Source: Alistipes sp.
Lineage (GTDB): Bacteria; Bacteroidota; Bacteroidia; Bacteroidales; Rikenellaceae
Assembly: GCA_045603645.1 (NCBI GenBank)
Contig: JAZUMN010000084.1
Coordinates: forward strand, 7,019 to 71,018
Reading direction: 5' to 3'
DNA length: 64,000 bases
In this document: piece by piece, positions 7,923 through 17,567 of the stretch
Layout of the letters: each line of letters begins with the position of its first letter
How positions within the stretch are numbered: the first letter of the stretch is position 1
Notes under the pieces: generated by a model
The model's input: the letters and a program-made list of their open reading frames with translations, nothing else
Database searches by the model: none
What the model was told of the DNA's origin: nothing
Program-made: the position numbers and the translations under genes

Positions 7923-8921
7923 TTACTTCAACTTTGTTGTGAGCTCACGCATGCGGCGACGTGCCGAAGCACCATTATAAAGCACCTCATAGACCATATC
8001 GGAGATAGGCATCTCGACATTACGCTGCGCTGCGGTGTGACGTATGCACTTGGCGGCATAGTAGCCCTCGGCAATCATCGTCATCTCGTTCATGGCACTG
8101 CGCACCGTGCAACCACAACCTATGAGGAGTCCGAAGCGGCGGTTGCGGCTATATGTCGAGTAGCAGGTCACGAGCAAATCACCCAGGCAGGCCGACGCCA
8201 AAGCATTGTGTGATGCACCGCCGAAAGACTCGAACATACGGCTCATCTCGGCGGCACAGTTGGCTATAAGCACGGCGATAAAGTTATCGCCATAGCCCAG
8301 GCCATTTGCTATGCCGACGGCAATGGCATAGATGTTCTTCATAATGGCGGCATACTCAACACCCTCGATGTCGTCCGACTCCATAACACGGATGTAAGGG
8401 CGTGAGAACATCTCGACCATCTTGGCGCGTGCCTCGACATTACGACTCACCGCCGTAAGGTATGACCAGCGACCAAGACCCACCTCCTCGGCGTGCGAGG
8501 GGCCCGTGATGATGGCCACCTGATTCTCGGGCACTGCATAGTGGGAGATTACATAGTCGGTGATGGGGATATAGTCGTCGGGGACGATACCCTTGACTGC
8601 CGAGATGACGAACTTATCGCTGAGCGATACGGTGAGTGGCTCCATAACCTTCTTGACGAAGGCCGAAGGCATAGCCAGCACAACCACCTTGGCATCCTCA
8701 ACAACTTTGTTTATGTCGTCTGAGGCCTCGATAAGTGAAACATCTAAATCTACATCGCGCAGATACTTGCAGTTGCGACCCTCGGTCTGGACCGACTGCT
8801 GCACATCGGGATTGAGGATGTGCCAACCTATACGCATACCGTTTTCGGTAAGAATCTTGACGATGGCCGTAGCCCAACTGCCATAGCCTATAATAGCGCA
8901 TTTATCTTGTGAATCTATCAT
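7923..8921 (-). CDS. gpsA: NAD(P)H-dependent glycerol-3-phosphate dehydrogenase
   Basis: 'IIGYGSWATA', 'GPSHAEEV', 'KNIYAIAVG', 'GDLLVTCYSTYSRNRRFG'. Confidence 0.96.
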   Translation of the reverse strand: MIDSQDKCAIIGYGSWATAIVKILTENGMRIGWHILNPDVQQSVQTEGRNCKYLRDVDLDVSLIEASDDINKVVEDAKVVVLAMPSAFVKKVMEPLTVSLSDKFVISAVKGIVPDDYIPITDYVISHYAVPENQVAIITGPSHAEEVGLGRWSYLTAVSRNVEARAKMVEMFSRPYIRVMESDDIEGVEYAAIMKNIYAIAVGIANGLGYGDNFIAVLIANCAAEMSRMFESFGGASHNALASACLGDLLVTCYSTYSRNRRFGLLIGCGCTVRSAMNEMTMIAEGYYAAKCIRHTAAQRNVEMPISDMVYEVLYNGASARRRMRELTTKLK

Positions 8922-8948
8922 ATTTTTTCATTTGGTTGTTTACGATTG

Positions 8949-9010
8949 CAAAAATAATAAAAATTTCCTCAAAAAAGTTGGAAAACTTATTCATCTTTTC
9001 ACTACCTTTG
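8949..9010. promoter_or_regulatory. Divergent promoters for gpsA (minus, TAttTTTG at 8949-8956) and mreB (plus, TAccTTTG at 9003-9010)
   Basis: Two TAnnTTTG matches on opposite strands in the intergenic gap. Confidence 0.6.
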
Positions 9011-9109
9011 TAGTGTCGTTGGTTTTTACCAATCTCCAAGCCTTCGCAAAAAGCGAGTTCAGGGCTTGACTACAACCTTTAAGTGATTGAAAAATAATTA
9101 AATACAGAT

Positions 9110-10129
9110 ATGGGATTCTTTTCTTTAACACAAGAGTTGGCTATTGACCTGGGTACGGCCAATACGCTGATTATTTACAACGGCAAGGTGGTGGTCGATG
9201 AGCCATCAATCGTTGCTTTGGATGCCCACACGGGTAAATTGATTGCCATTGGCGAGCAGGCTCGTCATATGCAGGGTCGCGAGAACCCAAACATCAAGAC
9301 CATCCGTCCTTTGAAGGCTGGTGTGATTGCCGACTTCAACGCTACGGAGCTTATGTTGCGCGGTATGATTAAAAAGGTGCGCACGACAAGCAGTATGTTC
9401 TCGCCCTCGCTGCGAATGGTTATATGTATCCCTTCGGGCTCAACAAACGTGGAGATTCGTGCCGTGCGTGACTCTGCCGAGCACGCAGGAGGCCGTGACG
9501 TCTATATGATTTTCGAGCCTATGGCTGCCGCTCTGGGTGCCGGCCTGGATGTGGAGGCTCCCGAGGGTAATATGATTATCGACATAGGTGGCGGCACATC
9601 GGAGATTGCCTGCATTTCGCTGGGCGGCATCGTATGCTCGGAGTCTATCAACGTGGCTGGTGATGTATTCACCGAGGATATCAAGAACTATGTTCGCCAG
9701 CAGCATAACATCCGCATCGGAGAGCGTACTGCCGAGGCTATCAAGTGTGCCATAGGTGCCGCTGTGCCCGAGTTGGAGGAGGAGCCTGAGGATTTTGTAA
9801 TCACAGGTCCCAACATCCTTACATCGTTGCCTCAGACCGTAACCCTCTCATATAACGAGATTGCTTACGCCTTGGAGAAGTCTCTCGTGAAGCTGGACGC
9901 AGCACTTATGAAGGTGTTGGAGACAATGCCACCTGAGCTCTATTCCGACATCGTGAAGAAGGGTGTATATCTGGCAGGTGGCGGAGCCTTAATCAAGGGC
10001 TTGGACAAGCGTCTGTCAAATAAGTCGGGCTTGCCATTCCACATCGCCGAAGACCCACTGCGTGCAATTGCCCGTGGTACAGGTATAGCGATGAAGAATA
10101 TCGACAAATTCTCATTCCTGATGCAGTAA
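9110..10129 (+). CDS. mreB: Rod shape-determining protein MreB
   Basis: 'IDLGTANT', 'RPLKAGVIADF', 'IDIGGGTSE', 'LAGGGAL'. Confidence 0.98.
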   Translation: MGFFSLTQELAIDLGTANTLIIYNGKVVVDEPSIVALDAHTGKLIAIGEQARHMQGRENPNIKTIRPLKAGVIADFNATELMLRGMIKKVRTTSSMFSPSLRMVICIPSGSTNVEIRAVRDSAEHAGGRDVYMIFEPMAAALGAGLDVEAPEGNMIIDIGGGTSEIACISLGGIVCSESINVAGDVFTEDIKNYVRQQHNIRIGERTAEAIKCAIGAAVPELEEEPEDFVITGPNILTSLPQTVTLSYNEIAYALEKSLVKLDAALMKVLETMPPELYSDIVKKGVYLAGGGALIKGLDKRLSNKSGLPFHIAEDPLRAIARGTGIAMKNIDKFSFLMQ

Positions 10130-10178
10130 ACCCTTGTGTCACATACGGTGACAAGGAACGATAACGTTCACTTTATGA

Positions 10179-10299
10179 GAATCTGTCTAACAAGGCTCTT
10201 TTGGCATCTGCCTTGTCTGAAAAATGCTCATTTACGCCGAGTAAACTGCGCTTTTTCATCCTGCGAGCAGCTTCAATATAGCTCTTGTTATACAAATTC
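10179..10299. mobile_element. MITE/RPE-like palindromic element, inverted homologue of 1048-1165
   Basis: Terminal inverted repeats gaatctgtctaacaag / cttgttatacaaattc. Core (reverse complement) gcgcagtttactcggcgtaaatgagc. Confidence 0.75.
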
Positions 10300-10305
10300 A
10301 AGGAA

Positions 10306-10343
10306 AAGAGGTTGTCCTTCAAAAATTTGTTGGACAACCTCTT
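10306..10343 (+). terminator. Hairpin terminator downstream of mreB
   Basis: aagaggttgtcc/ggacaacctctt 12-bp stem. Confidence 0.6.
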
Positions 10344-10406
10344 ATTATGTCAGGGATCTTAAAAAATATTTGATAAAAGGATGTTGCATTTTCCAATTAT
10401 GTATTC

Positions 10407-10414
10407 TAACTTTG
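10407..10414 (+). promoter_or_regulatory. Sigma-A -7 element (TAacTTTG)
   Basis: Matches TAnnTTTG about 15 nt upstream of leader copy A. Confidence 0.65.
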
Positions 10415-10429
10415 TGATAACATATTAAA

Positions 10430-10616
10430 ACACGGAAAGTGTAGCTTTTTCTCGTAACGCGAACGTAGGAAATTCACATTGAGAAGAGATGAGCTAACAT
10501 ATTGCCGCGTCATATCCTCTATGGATTATGGCGTGGGGTTGTTGCTTATTTTATTCTCATGGTTATTCCTACGACCTGCGTTACTAAGGTAAGCTCAGCC
10601 CTGCGCTTTCTTTTTT
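10430..10616 (+). ncRNA. Putative structured 5' leader, long hairpin plus U-tract (copy A)
   Basis: Nested stems gaaagtgtag/ctgcgctttc, gtaacgcg/tgcgttac, cgtaggaa/ttcctacg and ccgcgtcata/tatggcgtgg, followed by tttttt. Confidence 0.65.
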
Positions 10617-10661
10617 ATTAACTACTATCTTTGGGTTGAGGGTAGAAAAATATAATTGTAT

Positions 10662-11309
10662 ATGTATTGCAGAAATTGTGGCGCGGAATCTCAGGATAGA
10701 GTTGTCCTATGCACCAAATGTGGAGTGTTAATGGGTGATGGATATAATTATTGCCCTAATTGTGGTTTTCAGCACGACCCCAAGGCTGTTATTTGTGTTA
10801 AGTGTGGACATGGATTGAAGTCTGTTGTTAAGACAAATAAAGGAGGTAGCATTCGAATAGCATCATCTAATATTAGAAATAAGAATGTATATACGTTGCC
10901 CGAGGCAATAAAAACTTGTTGGAACAAGTATGCTGATTTTTCAGGTAGAGCTTGTCGCGCTGAATATTGGTTTTGGGGGTTATTTCAGTTCCTTATAATA
11001 ATGTTTATCACCATATTTTTAGTAATTGCAACAGTATTAGATGATGATGTTTTTATTACAATTGTTGGAGTATTATTCTTTATTGTTTGCTTGGTATTAT
11101 TTATTCCTTCACTAGCAGTTACAATACGAAGATTACATGATATAGGGTTTAGTGGATGGATGTTTTTAGTTAGTCTTGTTCCTTATTATGGAAGTGTGGT
11201 GTTGTTAGTTTGGGGGTGTCAAGATAGTGTGGGAGATAATGAGTATGGTAACAATCCTAAATCTGACAAAAACAAGAATATGCGGTTAATGGGATTGCAG
11301 AAAAACTAA
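10662..11309 (+). CDS. Double zinc-ribbon plus DUF805 (YhaH-like) membrane protein
   Basis: Four CxxCG motifs, then 'KYADFSGRACRAEYW', 'PSLAVTIRRLHDIG', 'DNEYG'. AT-rich. Confidence 0.9.
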   Translation: MYCRNCGAESQDRVVLCTKCGVLMGDGYNYCPNCGFQHDPKAVICVKCGHGLKSVVKTNKGGSIRIASSNIRNKNVYTLPEAIKTCWNKYADFSGRACRAEYWFWGLFQFLIIMFITIFLVIATVLDDDVFITIVGVLFFIVCLVLFIPSLAVTIRRLHDIGFSGWMFLVSLVPYYGSVVLLVWGCQDSVGDNEYGNNPKSDKNKNMRLMGLQKN

Positions 11310-11310
11310 T

Positions 11311-11352
11311 AAAAAGGGACTGTTAACAATTTCGTTAATAGTCCCTTTTTTT
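11311..11352. terminator. Bidirectional intrinsic terminator
   Basis: aaaaagggactgttaac...gttaatagtcccttttttt between convergent genes. Confidence 0.8.
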
Positions 11353-11374
11353 GTTCGAATACCTTAATATTTAA

Positions 11375-11464
11375 GTTATTGCGAGGTGGGCTTTGTCCAA
11401 CATGGCAATCTCTAATGGTATATGTTAGGATATTCCCATCGTCGCTACGCTCTTTTAGAATGAC
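11375..11464. repeat. Degenerate REP-like repeat
   Basis: gttattgcgagg...gcaatctc and attcccatcgtcgctacgctcttttagaatgac, similar to 6141-6175. Confidence 0.5.
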
Positions 11465-11478
11465 AATTTTATTGCAAA

Positions 11479-11913
11479 TTATTCTACCTCTCTCTTTATG
11501 CACTCAATGCCTACGCGTTTTAGTAGGTTAAGACCATCCTCCGAGCGGTAATCATCAAGATATACTACGCGCTTTATGCCCGCCTGAATAATTAGCTTTG
11601 AACACTCTATGCAGGGCGCTGCCGTGATGTAGAGCGTTGCCCCGTCGCAGTTGTTGGCACTCTTGGCAACCTTCGTGATGGCATTTGCCTCAGCGTGCAG
11701 AACATAGGGCTTGGTCTTGCCCGTAACTTCATCTTCGCAGATATTCTCAAACCCCGAAGGCGTGCCGTTGTAGCCGTCCGAGATAATCATCTTATCCTTG
11801 ACGATGAGCGCACCCACCTGACGACGCACGCAGTATGAGTTTTCGGCCCAGATACGTGCCATACGCAGGTAGCGCAGGTCTAATTGCCGAAGTTTTTCAT
11901 CTTCGTATCCCAT
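11479..11913 (-). CDS. dCMP deaminase (ComEB family)
   Basis: 'RRQVGA', 'GYNGTPSG', zinc motifs 'HAEANAI' and 'PCIEC'. Start reassigned to MGYEDEK. Confidence 0.95.
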   Translation of the reverse strand: MGYEDEKLRQLDLRYLRMARIWAENSYCVRRQVGALIVKDKMIISDGYNGTPSGFENICEDEVTGKTKPYVLHAEANAITKVAKSANNCDGATLYITAAPCIECSKLIIQAGIKRVVYLDDYRSEDGLNLLKRVGIECIKREVE

Positions 11914-11944
11914 AGTTGTTTGAGTTAGGGTGTTGTCACCTCGG

Positions 11945-14900
11945 TTATAGATTCTTGCCGTGGCAATGCTTATACTTTTTGCCGCTACCGCAAGGGCAAG
12001 GGTCATTTCGACCTACCTTCTTCTCGACCTTTATTGGTGCGGGCTTGCTCTTCTCGCCCTGGCCTGCGGCCGCAGCCGCAGCCATACGCGATGCTTGTAA
12101 CTTGTTTACGTCAATCTTAGCCTTCTGCTGTCGCTCCTGCTGCACGCTCTGAGGGTTGTTCTCGCGCGTAGGTATGTACGACTTGTTGAGTATCGCCAGC
12201 GAGTCGCGATTAACCTTTTCGAGCATCTTGGCGAAGAGATTGTATGATTCCAGCTTGTAGATAAGCAATGGGTCTTTCTGTTCGTAGGTGGCATTCTGCA
12301 CGCTGTGACGCAACTCGTCCATCTCGCGCAGGTGCTCACGCCAAGCATCGTCAATGGTGGTGAAGAGCACAATCTTAGAGAAGGCCTTGTAAATCTCGGC
12401 TCCATCGGTATCCTTGCAGCGCTGCAACTCAACAGGCACGTGGAAACCCAGGTGGCCGTCGGTAATGGGGAAGTGCATAATGCGGTCCATCTGCGACTTA
12501 TTATCTTCATACACAACCTCCATAGTCTTGCGCACGGTATCTGCCACGGCCTTTTGACGACGAGCAAAGAGTGTGCGCATATCTTCAACGATGAGCTCGA
12601 CCAACTGTTTTGGCTTTGAGGCGTTGTATGTAGCTTCATCAAACGATGGTTGAAGAGCCACCTCGCGAATGAGGTCATAGCTTACCGACTCGTAATCTAC
12701 GCCCTCGTGAGTCTGCACAAACATCTCGGCGTAGTCGTACATAATATTGTTGAGGTCAATCTCAATCTGCTCGCCGTAGAGTGCGTGGCGACGACGTGTG
12801 TATATAACCTCACGCTGTGAGTTCATCACATCGTCATACTCCAACAGACGCTTACGCACGCCAAAGTGGTTCTCCTCGACCTTCTTCTGGGCACGCTCAA
12901 TGGCGTTGGTCATCATCGAAGCCTGAATAACCTCGCCCTCCTGAATGCCCATCCTGTCCATAATGGCTGCTATGCGCTCCGAGCCAAACAGACGCATAAG
13001 GTTATCCTCCAACGATACGAAGAACTGCGATGAGCCCGGGTCGCCCTGACGACCGGCACGACCACGCAACTGACGGTCCACGCGGCGGCTCTCGTGACGC
13101 TCCGTGCCTATGATGGCCAAGCCTCCCGCAGCCTTAGCCTCGGGTGAGAGCTTGATATCGGTACCACGACCCGCCATATTGGTTGCGATGGTAACCTGAC
13201 CCGTGCGACCTGCCTCAGCAACAATCTGTGCCTCCAACTGGTGCTGCTTGGCGTTAAGTACATTATGCTTTATGCCGCGCAACTTCAACATACGGCTCAG
13301 CAGCTCCGAAATCTCCACCGATGTAGTACCCACCAGCACGGGACGACCCTCCTTGACCAGACGTACAATCTCCTCAATTACGGCGTTGTACTTCTCGCGC
13401 ATAGTCTTATAGACCAAATCCTGACGGTCATCGCGAATAACGGGACGGTTTGTAGGGATTACCACCACGTCGAGCTTGTAGATGTTCCAGAACTCCGATG
13501 CCTCGGTCTCGGCGGTACCTGTCATACCTGCCAGCTTGTGGTACATACGCAAGTAGTTCTGCAATGTGATTGTCGCGAAGGTCTGCGTTGCCGCCTCGAC
13601 CTTCACACGCTCCTTAGCCTCGATAGCCTGGTGCAGACCGTCAGAGTAGCGGCGACCTTCGAGGATACGGCCTGTCTGCTCATCGACAATCATAACCTTG
13701 TTGTCCATAACCACATACTCCACATCCTTCTCGAACATCGAGTAGGCCTTCAAGAGCTGGTTTACGGTGTGTACACGCTCCGACTTTATCGAGTAGTCGT
13801 TTATAATCTCATCCTTCTTCTGAGCCTTCTCCTCAGCCGAGAGCTCGCTCTTTTCAAGCTCGGCAATCTCGGTGCCTATGTCGGGCAGCACGAAGAACTT
13901 ATCCTCGTTGAAGTATTTTGACAGCACCTCGTGACCCTTGTCGGTGAGCTCTACCGAGTTGAGCTTCTCGTCAATTACGAAGTAAAGTTCGTCGGTAATC
14001 TCGGGCATGCGGCGGTTGTTGTCCTGCATATAGATATTCTCGGTCTTCTGGAACTGCACCTTGATACCCTGCTCCGAGAGGAACTTGATGATAGGCTTGT
14101 ACTTTGGCAGACCCTTGTGAGCACGGTACAGCAGCACACCACCCTCCTCGGGCTTGCCCTCGGCAAAGAGACGACGTGCCTCGGCAACGAGCGAGGTGAC
14201 AAAGTTCTTCTGCAAGTTGTAGAGGTGCTCAATCGAAGGACGGTAGTTCTCAAACATCTGGTCCTCGCCCTTTGGCACGGGGCCTGAGATAATCAGCGGC
14301 GTACGGGCATCGTCAATCAATACCGAATCGACCTCATCGACAATGGCGTAGTGATGCTTGCGCTGCACCAAATCCTTTGGTGAAGAGGCCATATTGTCGC
14401 GCAGGTAGTCGAAGCCATACTCGTTGTTTGTTCCGAAGGTAATGTCGGCAAGGTATGCCTTGCGGCGTGCCTCCGAGTTGGGCTGGTGCTTGTCGATGCA
14501 ATCAACCGACAGTCCGTGGAACTCATACATAGGACCCATCCACTCCGAGTCACGACGTGCCAGGTAGTCATTCACGGTAACTACATGCACGCCCTTGCGT
14601 GCCAGGGCATTGAGGAATACGGGCAACGTAGCAACCAGTGTCTTACCCTCACCCGTAGCCATCTCGGCAATCTTACCCTTGTGAAGCACAACACCACCAA
14701 ACAGCTGCACGTCGTAGTGCACCATCTCCCACTTGATGTCGTTGCCTCCTGCCGTCCAGTGAGTGGCATATATAGCCTTGTCACCCTCAATGGTCACGAA
14801 ATCCTTGTCGGCGGCCAGATCACGGTCAAACTGTGTGGCGGTAACCTCCACGACATCGTTCTCGGTGAAGCGGCGGGCAGTATCCTTCATAATAGCAAAG

Positions 14901-15238
14901 GCCTCGGGCAAAATCTCGTCGAGCTTCTGCTCAATCTTCTCGTCGATGCGCTTCTTGGTATTCTCGATATCCTTCGAAATCTTCTCCTTCTCATTAAGGG
15001 ATATATCCGAAAACTCCAACTTCTGCTTCTGCTCCTCGATATGTGCTTCATCCTGCGATATGAAGTCGGCAATCTGCTGCATCAGCGAAGCACTGCGGGC
15101 ACGCAACTCGTCATTCGTGAGCTGCTTGATTGAAGGGTATATCTCCTTGATTTTGTTTACATAAGGCTCAATCTGCTTGCGGTCCTTGTCAGCCTTCGAG
15201 CCAAAAAACAGTTTAAGTATGCTACTAACTATATCCAT
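11945..15238 (-). CDS. secA: Preprotein translocase subunit SecA
   Basis: 'MATGEGKT', '[19 protein letters not shown]', '[10 protein letters not shown]', C-terminal '[19 protein letters not shown]'. Confidence 0.99.
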   Translation of the reverse strand: MDIVSSILKLFFGSKADKDRKQIEPYVNKIKEIYPSIKQLTNDELRARSASLMQQIADFISQDEAHIEEQKQKLEFSDISLNEKEKISKDIENTKKRIDEKIEQKLDEILPEAFAIMKDTARRFTENDVVEVTATQFDRDLAADKDFVTIEGDKAIYATHWTAGGNDIKWEMVHYDVQLFGGVVLHKGKIAEMATGEGKTLVATLPVFLNALARKGVHVVTVNDYLARRDSEWMGPMYEFHGLSVDCIDKHQPNSEARRKAYLADITFGTNNEYGFDYLRDNMASSPKDLVQRKHHYAIVDEVDSVLIDDARTPLIISGPVPKGEDQMFENYRPSIEHLYNLQKNFVTSLVAEARRLFAEGKPEEGGVLLYRAHKGLPKYKPIIKFLSEQGIKVQFQKTENIYMQDNNRRMPEITDELYFVIDEKLNSVELTDKGHEVLSKYFNEDKFFVLPDIGTEIAELEKSELSAEEKAQKKDEIINDYSIKSERVHTVNQLLKAYSMFEKDVEYVVMDNKVMIVDEQTGRILEGRRYSDGLHQAIEAKERVKVEAATQTFATITLQNYLRMYHKLAGMTGTAETEASEFWNIYKLDVVVIPTNRPVIRDDRQDLVYKTMREKYNAVIEEIVRLVKEGRPVLVGTTSVEISELLSRMLKLRGIKHNVLNAKQHQLEAQIVAEAGRTGQVTIATNMAGRGTDIKLSPEAKAAGGLAIIGTERHESRRVDRQLRGRAGRQGDPGSSQFFVSLEDNLMRLFGSERIAAIMDRMGIQEGEVIQASMMTNAIERAQKKVEENHFGVRKRLLEYDDVMNSQREVIYTRRRHALYGEQIEIDLNNIMYDYAEMFVQTHEGVDYESVSYDLIREVALQPSFDEATYNASKPKQLVELIVEDMRTLFARRQKAVADTVRKTMEVVYEDNKSQMDRIMHFPITDGHLGFHVPVELQRCKDTDGAEIYKAFSKIVLFTTIDDAWREHLREMDELRHSVQNATYEQKDPLLIYKLESYNLFAKMLEKVNRDSLAILNKSYIPTRENNPQSVQQERQQKAKIDVNKLQASRMAAAAAAGQGEKSKPAPIKVEKKVGRNDPCPCGSGKKYKHCHGKNL

Positions 15239-15278
15239 GATGTATCTATGTTTTCCTAATTTTGTGTGTTAAATTCCA

Positions 15279-15286
15279 CAAAAATA
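15279..15286 (-). promoter_or_regulatory. Sigma-A -7 element for secA (TAttTTTG)
   Basis: Consensus match about 40 nt upstream of the secA start. Confidence 0.55.
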
Positions 15287-15357
15287 ATGAATTATTTTTA
15301 AGTATCAAAATATTACGCCTCGTGGCTATGCGGGTCGGACTGATTTTGCTACCTATC

Positions 15358-17556
15358 CTACCTGATAAGACGGATGATAATCTTCGTGGCATCGCCCGAT
15401 GCAACCACCTTGCCCAAATTTGGGTAGCAGCCGACAAGTTTTCCGCCCTCAACCTCTGCCTCAGAGATGTTGCCGACGCAGTAGGGTATGTCTATAATGT
15501 AGTTGCCGCTGTTTTTGTCGCCTTCGATGTCTATCTCTATGGCGTCACCCACCTTGCATATCGAGAGGCTTATCTGCTTGCCGCCGTTGATGCGCACCCT
15601 CTCCCATATGATTGGCTTGCCACTTAATATCCACTCGTTGGAGAGCCCTCGGCCAATGATTGCGTCGCCATTGGCTTTGACCGAGATGCACATCTGCAAC
15701 ATCGCCTGACGTATGAATCCCAAAGACCAGGTCTCCAAATCGGTCTCGGGTTTCGTCCAGTTACCAGTGCTCTCAGGTGCGTGGAAACTCTCACCCCAAT
15801 TCATAGGGGCTGACTGGTTATCCAGCAACGCCTCGATACTCCTGACCGTCAAGGTTCGGTACTTGTTGGATGCAAGCAGCTGCATAACCATTGCGGTATC
15901 ATACGCAGCGCCATATTTGGCATTCCACCACGCACCAACAAGTCCCTTGCCGGCGTTGTAGAACTTTGACACCTCCTGCCATACCCTCACCGAATTGTCG
16001 AGATAGTCGAGCCACTCGCCGCCCAGGTCAAAGCCTTTAAGTTGGGCATTCCAGGGGAACGAAGGCATCATAAACGTAGTTCCGAGCCAGTTGCCGGGGC
16101 CGCTTACAAGTTTGAAATCCATATCAAACGATAGGCAGGCATTGTACCAGTTGATATTCTTGTGCTTCATAGACTTGCGCAGGGCAGCATTGAGGCAGTC
16201 GTTAAGGTCTTTCAACTCCTTGTCGGCCCACTCGGCCTCCTTAGGTATACCCAGCTCCGAGCATATATACTTGTAGGCTGTGAAGCCGTGCAGGGCGGCA
16301 AAGTTATCCACAATAAGGTAGGTGCCGCCGCTGTTGTCAAGTGTCCAGCCCTTGCGGATAAGGCCCCACACGCCAAATTGTTTTGCCTCGTCGGTAAATA
16401 CTCGCATATTATGCACCGCACGCGAACACTGTTTGAGCTTTGCGATGACACTTTCGGTAAAGAATGCTTTATCGCCCGTTGTTTGCAGATACTGAGCAAA
16501 GGATATCATATACTTGGGTATAGCATCCAGATATGCCTCACGGGTCAGGTCGCCCGAAGATAGCCGGTCGTAGGTTGCACCCACCATTATCTGACGAGCC
16601 ATATCCAGGTTGCCCTCAATGATGTATTGGATGACCATATCGGGTACGTCGTGGTCGAAGGTGCGGTCATACTGATAGAAGCCAAACACGTTGCCGCCAC
16701 TGCCTCGTTGCTCGTAGTCATCCGTGGTCTTTACCGTTGCGTGCCACATATAGGTCATGGATGATTTCCACAAATCTATGAAACGTGCATCGGGCAACGC
16801 TACGGGCATCGTGAAATGGCTCATACGCTTCTCAATAGAGGCCTTCTCGGCAGTGTAATTTGCGTCATAAGAGCCATTCTTGATTATATCCTCTTTGCTC
16901 GACTTGCCATTTGCGGGAATCACAAAGTCGAAAGTCTGCGACTTGCCGGGTTTGAGTGTCGCAACATTTGTGGTTAAGGATTTCTCCTGCGCCACATATT
17001 TTGCTTTGCTCAGGAAGAAACATCTTTCAGCAACAGCCTTGCCGACGACCGAGAGCGATACCTTGTGTGACTTGCGGTCGGTGTTGGTTATAACGACTCG
17101 TGTATATACGGCATTGACGGTGTTGTTGAGAATGCGTCTGCCGAGGTGTGTAACTTTCATCTCGACTCCTTTATATACCCAGCACGAAGTGGGAAAGGGG
17201 AGGCTTCCCTGGGCAAGATGCCAATGAATATCCTGACGTCGCGAGGGTGAGAACTCATCGGGATAGAAGGGTGTGGAGCCATCCACCGAGATCATAAAAA
17301 ATAGTGGTTTGTCGCTGTCGGGGTGCCACGCCTCCTTGCTGCAAGCCCAGCTGTGGTTGTCACCTTTTGCGAGCTTGGGTCGGCGGGCATACAGGGCTCC
17401 ACCCATCAGCGAGTTGGCCTTGGGATGGTCCTCCTCCCAGCCGAAATAGGTCCAGTTGCGTTTGTTTATCTTTATCGTGTCGGGGTCGATTTGTGCAAAT
17501 GCAGGCAGCGTAAAGAGTGCAGTAAAAGCAATAATCAGGTGTGTTTTCAGATTCAT
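15358..17556 (-). CDS. Secreted protein, possible six-hairpin glycoside hydrolase-like
   Basis: Signal peptide MNLKTHLIIAFTALFTLPAFA-Q. Trp/Tyr/Asp-rich helical core ('YDRTFDHD', 'WTLDN', 'WGESF'). Confidence 0.55.
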   Translation of the reverse strand: MNLKTHLIIAFTALFTLPAFAQIDPDTIKINKRNWTYFGWEEDHPKANSLMGGALYARRPKLAKGDNHSWACSKEAWHPDSDKPLFFMISVDGSTPFYPDEFSPSRRQDIHWHLAQGSLPFPTSCWVYKGVEMKVTHLGRRILNNTVNAVYTRVVITNTDRKSHKVSLSVVGKAVAERCFFLSKAKYVAQEKSLTTNVATLKPGKSQTFDFVIPANGKSSKEDIIKNGSYDANYTAEKASIEKRMSHFTMPVALPDARFIDLWKSSMTYMWHATVKTTDDYEQRGSGGNVFGFYQYDRTFDHDVPDMVIQYIIEGNLDMARQIMVGATYDRLSSGDLTREAYLDAIPKYMISFAQYLQTTGDKAFFTESVIAKLKQCSRAVHNMRVFTDEAKQFGVWGLIRKGWTLDNSGGTYLIVDNFAALHGFTAYKYICSELGIPKEAEWADKELKDLNDCLNAALRKSMKHKNINWYNACLSFDMDFKLVSGPGNWLGTTFMMPSFPWNAQLKGFDLGGEWLDYLDNSVRVWQEVSKFYNAGKGLVGAWWNAKYGAAYDTAMVMQLLASNKYRTLTVRSIEALLDNQSAPMNWGESFHAPESTGNWTKPETDLETWSLGFIRQAMLQMCISVKANGDAIIGRGLSNEWILSGKPIIWERVRINGGKQISLSICKVGDAIEIDIEGDKNSGNYIIDIPYCVGNISEAEVEGGKLVGCYPNLGKVVASGDATKIIIRLIR

Positions 17557-17567
17557 ATCGGTAGTTA

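Noticed and set aside
10136-10417. Short ORFs over repeat regions (also 3431-3702, 6071-6540 and 11306-11503)
   Set aside because: They are translations of tRNA, MITE, REP or terminator DNA with no coding signature.
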